A stretch of 64,000 bases of DNA from a virus: the IMG/VR virus record IMGVR_UViG_3300042505_001173, positions 64,001 through 128,000 of that record, one strand, 5' to 3'. Shown one piece after another: positions 59,197 through 64,000 of this stretch (the first letter of the stretch is position 1; each line of letters begins with the position of its first letter). The position numbers and the translations under genes were made by a program. The notes beneath the pieces were generated by a model. That model did not search any database and was not told where the DNA came from. It saw only the letters and a list, made by a program, of their open reading frames with translations.

Positions 59197-60006
59197 AGTA
59201 CATATTTCACAGTACCAGCAGATACGAAAGAACAAGCAATTAAATTTGCTGATGCAGTTGCTGAAGCAGTAAACGACTCATATCCAGAATTTATGAGAAA
59301 GGCATTTAGATGTCAACCAGGGTATGATTTGCAAGTTAAATGTGGACGTGAAGTTGTAAGTGACCATGGGCTATTTGTTGAGAAAAAACGATATATCTTA
59401 CATGTTGTTGACAATGAAGGTGAAACTGTTGACAAAATGAAGATTATGGGTCTAGATATCAAAAAGACAACATTACCTAAAATAATATCAGCACAGTTAA
59501 CAGAATTCATTAAACGTTTATTACGAGGTGAAGAGTGGAATGATATTGCAACAGATATTGTAAACTATAAAGAAGAACTAATGAAGTTCGATAATTTATT
59601 AGAAGTAGGTTTACCAAAAAACGTTAATAATGTTGAAAAATATGATATGTCGTATAAGATCGATGGTGAGAAAGCGAGACTTCCAGGTAACGTTGCTGCA
59701 GCGTTACATTTCAATATCAGATTAAAAGAAAACGATGATAATGATACAGAATTAATAACATCAGGTACAAAAATTAAAGTTTATTACTTAAAAAACAAGA
59801 TGTTAAACAAATTTACTTCAATAGCATTACCATCTGATATAGAACACATTCCAGAATGGTTTATGGAGCAGTATGTACCATTAATCGATAAAGATAAGCA
59901 ATTATCGAGGTTAGTAGACAATCCATTACAGAACATACTTAAAGCTATCAATGTAAATGTACCAACAGCACAATCAGTGCATGCACAAGAACTGTTTAAT
60001 TTTTAG
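59065..60006 (+). CDS. Split-intein C half plus DNA polymerase B C-terminal part
   Basis: HN|STYF, KKRY, KIMGLDIKK. Confidence 0.95.
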   Translation: MSDLKIETVVSIEDLGYVDDWVYDLTMEDTNIPYFFGNGILVHNSTYFTVPADTKEQAIKFADAVAEAVNDSYPEFMRKAFRCQPGYDLQVKCGREVVSDHGLFVEKKRYILHVVDNEGETVDKMKIMGLDIKKTTLPKIISAQLTEFIKRLLRGEEWNDIATDIVNYKEELMKFDNLLEVGLPKNVNNVEKYDMSYKIDGEKARLPGNVAAALHFNIRLKENDDNDTELITSGTKIKVYYLKNKMLNKFTSIALPSDIEHIPEWFMEQYVPLIDKDKQLSRLVDNPLQNILKAINVNVPTAQSVHAQELFNF

Positions 60007-60014
60007 GAAAGACA

Positions 60015-60710
60015 ATGGTATTAGATACACAAACAATTGAAAACATAATGAACTCTATTAAACTTGCAAAACTATTTGAGGTTGAAAGTTTGATTGTAGA
60101 GCCGCATGTTATACGAGGTATCAATTCAAAATCTACAGCAGCTATATTTACTGAATGTACCAATAATATAGGGTGTGCAGCAGCCGGTATCAATAGATTT
60201 GATGTATTAGGAAAAAGACTTACATTGGTAGATCCAATCGACGCTTCAATTGAGTTAGAATACGAAGATGAAGAAGACGAAGCTACTATGATCCGGATCA
60301 AATCAAAGAAGTTAAACATTGCGCATAGATGCGGAACATTACGTACAATTACAGCTCCAAAATCGTTAGCTGTAAAACCAATGTATAAAGTTGAGTTTAC
60401 AGATGAGTTGTATAAAACTCTATCGTCAGCAAAACAAGCTATGAAAACTGATGAAGTTCTATTATTATCTGATGACGGTAACGTGTGTTATGAATTTATT
60501 GATCAATCAGACAAACTACAATACTTTGATGGAACCGCTGTAAATATTGATGATGAATTTAAAAATGTAAATTTCATCATTAAATTCCCATTAAAATTTT
60601 TATTGCATTTGATCAATGGATTAAACGTTAATGAATTTTTTATTATGGAAAAAGAAATGATACATGGTGTTGTAGACGGTGTTGGAATTTATATACCTAA
60701 AAAGAAATAA
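60015..60710 (+). CDS. Putative sliding clamp (T4 gp45-like)
   Basis: Size, two-domain alpha/beta pattern and position after the polymerase; no strong motif. Confidence 0.6.
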   Translation: MVLDTQTIENIMNSIKLAKLFEVESLIVEPHVIRGINSKSTAAIFTECTNNIGCAAAGINRFDVLGKRLTLVDPIDASIELEYEDEEDEATMIRIKSKKLNIAHRCGTLRTITAPKSLAVKPMYKVEFTDELYKTLSSAKQAMKTDEVLLLSDDGNVCYEFIDQSDKLQYFDGTAVNIDDEFKNVNFIIKFPLKFLLHLINGLNVNEFFIMEKEMIHGVVDGVGIYIPKKK

Positions 60711-60812
60711 ATCCTTTGGATACTTAGTTCTCCCTAATGTTCATGTATAGTAATACTACTACCTAAAAACTCTTTCCCATAAGGGACACTCAAGGGAATA
60801 AAAGGATACAAT

Positions 60813-61025
60813 ATGATTCCAAATATATTTAAGAAAAAGAATGAACCGTGGGTTAAAATTATAGAAGCTGTTGATGACCCGATACACGGATACAAATTCA
60901 AATTAGACTGGAATGACGCATTTATTACAGAACTGCGCAACAACGGATACACCGGTGATATCGACGAACAGATAATCGAATGTTGGTTACGAGATTTATG
61001 TAACGACAATAGAAGCAAGGAATAA
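60813..61025 (+). CDS. Hypothetical protein, paralog of the next gene
   Basis: LDWNDAFITELRNNGYTG...W. Confidence 0.7.
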   Translation: MIPNIFKKKNEPWVKIIEAVDDPIHGYKFKLDWNDAFITELRNNGYTGDIDEQIIECWLRDLCNDNRSKE

Positions 61026-61027
61026 CA

Positions 61028-61291
61028 ATGTTTAAGTGGTTCAAGAAAACAGAAAAAGTACAAGAAATCAAACCATCCTATCAATTTACGATTCAGGTTA
61101 CATTGCGTCCAGAAAAAGACGTTGAAGAAGTAACTTATGAATGGGATGATGATTTTATAAAGTTTTTACGAATGAAAGGGTATTCAGGTACATCTGAGAA
61201 CCTAGTTGTAAAAAAATGGCTACAAGTGTTGATAGGTAAACTAGCAACTAACTTGTTTGATAAATCAAACACGCAAAGTGATTTTGAATAA
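61028..61291 (+). CDS. Hypothetical protein, paralog of the previous gene
   Basis: YEWDDDFIKFLRMKGYSG...W. Confidence 0.7.
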   Translation: MFKWFKKTEKVQEIKPSYQFTIQVTLRPEKDVEEVTYEWDDDFIKFLRMKGYSGTSENLVVKKWLQVLIGKLATNLFDKSNTQSDFE

Positions 61292-61300
61292 GGAAAATAA

Positions 61301-61996
61301 ATGTTAACAATTACAGAAGCGGCTCAACAATTTTTAAACCACGGTGAGCAAAATCAAGTATTGTCGCCAATTGATTATGACGGGGCAGAACATTTGCTAT
61401 TTGATATTGTTGATTTTTCTGACCAAAAAGTTAAGTTTTTAATAGACGATAAGTACGTGATTGTTTATGTCGTACGAGATACAGGTCCAGGAAATTGGGA
61501 AGAGGTAAAACAAAATTACACAGACAAATGCTTAGGTACATCAGCTTTATACCCTGAAGAAATCAGAAAGAAATTAATAAAGAAGTATGGTAAGCAGCCA
61601 ATATACAAACATCTTGAAACAGGTGAGATTGTAACATCGTTTGACTGGGATACACATAAAGATGAGTTTGATGAATCACAGTTTGAGGTAAAACTAAATG
61701 CGACATCCGATTATGCGTGCGCATCAAAAGAAGCTCGTGATATGTTGTGGTCGTCTTTAACTGATGAAGAGATCGCTAAAATACATTCACGAGTAGTAGA
61801 TCGTATTTCTGATTCATTGAATGAGTTGATGCAAATTGAAACCTGCGTTGAACGACCATACTCGGTACATGTATTTAACGAGACAAGCGATTCATTTACA
61901 CGAGTATTTGAAACATATGAGCAGTGTTTAGAATTGATTGAAGATATTCATACTAATAAATTAACCGTGTTATTAAACAGTATGGTAATCGCATGA
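61301..61996 (+). CDS. Hypothetical protein
   Basis: ORF; AAGGA RBS. Confidence 0.7.
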   Translation: MLTITEAAQQFLNHGEQNQVLSPIDYDGAEHLLFDIVDFSDQKVKFLIDDKYVIVYVVRDTGPGNWEEVKQNYTDKCLGTSALYPEEIRKKLIKKYGKQPIYKHLETGEIVTSFDWDTHKDEFDESQFEVKLNATSDYACASKEARDMLWSSLTDEEIAKIHSRVVDRISDSLNELMQIETCVERPYSVHVFNETSDSFTRVFETYEQCLELIEDIHTNKLTVLLNSMVIA

Positions 61997-63000
61997 ACCG
62001 TATATTAGTTATGGATATGTCAAATATTTTATATAAAACATTTTATGTAAAAGATGACAAAATGTCCAACCATATTGCACATAAATCATTACCTCAAGAA
62101 GAGAAAGATGATTTAGAGATTCGTAGCGCGTTTCATAGGTCGCTAGTATCATTGAACCGGTATTATCTTGACCATAGTCCTACTACTATGATATGTGTGT
62201 TTGATCGATTTAACTGGCGTGATGATTACTCTAAGTCAGAAGAATGCTATAGTAAACGGGTATATAAAGGTACTCGTAGACAAAAGCAAACCCCTGCAGA
62301 GCAACAACAATACCAAAGATTCAAACAATTTACAAATGAGTTTGAAGTAATGTTGACAGAAATGACAGCAATCCCGTGCCTATCAGCGAATTTGTTAGAA
62401 GCGGATGATATTATCGCTGGGTTATGTAAAATATACGGTGGAAATGATACCGCTCCTGATAACGGTAGTACATTTGATCATACTGAAGACCATCATGAAG
62501 TAACGATTGTAAGCGCTGATAAAGATATGATTCAGTTGTTGCGGTACGATAGAGTTAAATTATTAGATCCTGCTACCAAGAAATACCGAACATTAGAAAA
62601 CACTGGCAATGAATCTGTTGATTTATATCTATACGTTAAGTATATGAGAGGTGATAGAGGTGATAATGTAGCTTCAGCGTTCCCTAGATATAGATTGAAA
62701 AAGATAGTAGAAGCGTACGAAGATCCGTATAAGCATACAAATCTAATGAAAAGTGAATGGACTGACCATGAGGGTAATATAATGGTAGTTGGTGAGATAT
62801 TTAATGAAAATAAATTATTAACTAATTTAACTCACCAACCGAAACATATTCAAGATATCATGTTAGAAACAATACTAACAGGTTTAAATTCACCTAAGCG
62901 TTTTGATAGGTTTCAATTTGTAAAATTTCTTAAAAATAACAAATTGAATAATGTAAACCGACTCATTGATTCATATATACCTTTACTAAGTATGAAATAA
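61993..63000 (+). CDS. rnh: T4 RNase H-like 5'-3' exonuclease
   Basis: MDMSN, WR...YKGTR, EADDII, SADKD, GDRGDNV. Confidence 0.92.
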   Translation: MNRILVMDMSNILYKTFYVKDDKMSNHIAHKSLPQEEKDDLEIRSAFHRSLVSLNRYYLDHSPTTMICVFDRFNWRDDYSKSEECYSKRVYKGTRRQKQTPAEQQQYQRFKQFTNEFEVMLTEMTAIPCLSANLLEADDIIAGLCKIYGGNDTAPDNGSTFDHTEDHHEVTIVSADKDMIQLLRYDRVKLLDPATKKYRTLENTGNESVDLYLYVKYMRGDRGDNVASAFPRYRLKKIVEAYEDPYKHTNLMKSEWTDHEGNIMVVGEIFNENKLLTNLTHQPKHIQDIMLETILTGLNSPKRFDRFQFVKFLKNNKLNNVNRLIDSYIPLLSMK

Positions 63001-63309
63001 TTATTGTTTTGCTTCATCTGCGCTATTTGTCGCAGAATCAGCTGCGTAACCTGTGGTGAGCCCTATATAAAATATTGTAGAAAGGCTCATTTCAGGTGTA
63101 ACAACATCATACGATAATGCACTCATTGTAGCTAGTAACGATGTACCAAACGAACATAATGTACCAAACACGTTAACACTACCAAACCAATCCTTAAGTG
63201 ATACTAGAGTTTCTTCTTTAGCTCGTTTTTTAACGTAGTGACTTATCATACCAACAGCAACACTTACTACGAATGTAAAGTAGTAGTGAGTATGGAAAAA
63301 CTCTTCCAT
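63001..63309 (-). CDS. Membrane protein, holin candidate
   Basis: About three hydrophobic segments in ~100 aa. Confidence 0.5.
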   Translation of the reverse strand: MEEFFHTHYYFTFVVSVAVGMISHYVKKRAKEETLVSLKDWFGSVNVFGTLCSFGTSLLATMSALSYDVVTPEMSLSTIFYIGLTTGYAADSATNSADEAKQ

Positions 63310-63363
63310 ATTAATCTCCTTATTTTTCAATTATATAGTTTTTTCAACCTTGAAAAATACACA

Positions 63364-63371
63364 TATAAATA
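63364..63371 (+). promoter_or_regulatory. T4-type late promoter
   Basis: Exact TATAAATA. Confidence 0.65.
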
Positions 63372-63419
63372 TTTTTGATAACATTTTTAAACCAAATATA
63401 TTTATTGGAGATACAAATT

Positions 63420-63896
63420 ATGGTACAATCAGTTCAGTCACGTTTTAGATTTATTGAATGGTTAGATTTAGACGGTACAGGTGTATTAACCGAATGCGCA
63501 ATCGTAAAACGTTTCACTAACGGTGATACTTACTACTTTACGTTAGAATCATTAGATATGATCGACAAACAACGTTTAAAAACTATTTTAGTTAACCGTA
63601 ATTCATCTTTATACGATGAATTGTGGAAAGTACTAGAGCAAAACACATTAGGTAACGGAGTGAACGCGTTAGTATATTTTAATCAGCTCGTTAAACAAAT
63701 TACTCCAAATGGTACAATTTTACCATTTGGTACAAATAGACATAGTGCTACAAACTATAATTACACTCCAGTAGGCGCGGAGAATATTCAAACTACACCT
63801 GAACCAACTGTTCAAGCAGCTCCAGCACAAACACCACCTCAAAGCTTTGAACAAGTAACTAAATCAACAGCACCTGGAAAAAGTAAAAATCAATGA
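63420..63896 (+). CDS. Hypothetical phage protein
   Basis: GGAG RBS before MVQSV; LDMIDKQRL...LW...TLGNGVNAL.YFNQLVK. Confidence 0.75.
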   Translation: MVQSVQSRFRFIEWLDLDGTGVLTECAIVKRFTNGDTYYFTLESLDMIDKQRLKTILVNRNSSLYDELWKVLEQNTLGNGVNALVYFNQLVKQITPNGTILPFGTNRHSATNYNYTPVGAENIQTTPEPTVQAAPAQTPPQSFEQVTKSTAPGKSKNQ

Positions 63897-64000
63897 TAGA
63901 TAACCCATATCAACAATTAGTTGAAATGGAAACTCGGTTAGCACGTGAGGTATACGATTTGTACGTGTATATTTCACGGATAATTTTAGAAGAAGATGAT

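Noticed and set aside
1-64000. Stop-codon reassignment as in some jumbo phages
   Set aside because: Core genes are full length in the standard code, and TAA, TAG and TGA all end genes at expected positions.

Overview
A 64-kb, AT-rich segment of a large T4-related (jumbo, myovirus-like) dsDNA phage, in the standard genetic code; host-like genes suggest a proteobacterial host (inference). It carries T4-type core genes for replication, recombination and repair (uvsW, uvsY, uvsX, gp32, gp61, gp41, gp46/47, RuvC-like, PolB, gp45, RNase H, dsbA), the gp55 late sigma factor, nucleotide metabolism (nrdAB, thyA, DHFR, dUTPase, PRTase, QueD), structural genes (portal, baseplate, four paralogous fibres) and tRNAs. 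The standout is a candidate RNP system: a Ro60/TROVE-like vWA protein (DUF2828 type) sits below its own promoter and a ~730-nt array of 8-9 divergent hairpins sharing an ACAGCAA motif. 8 kb away, a separately transcribed 114-nt RNA with the same stem and motif encloses a circularly permuted tRNA-like domain (YrlA-type architecture). Other points: three inteins (Ser/Ser split intein in PolB, HNH intein in the portal, Ala-starting class-3-like intein in UvsW), a probable -1 frameshift joining gp26-like and gp51-like frames, an Aer2-type PAS histidine kinase, a TV-Pol-like family-A polymerase and a TerD-tipped fibre. All calls come from reading motifs by eye; no searches were run.
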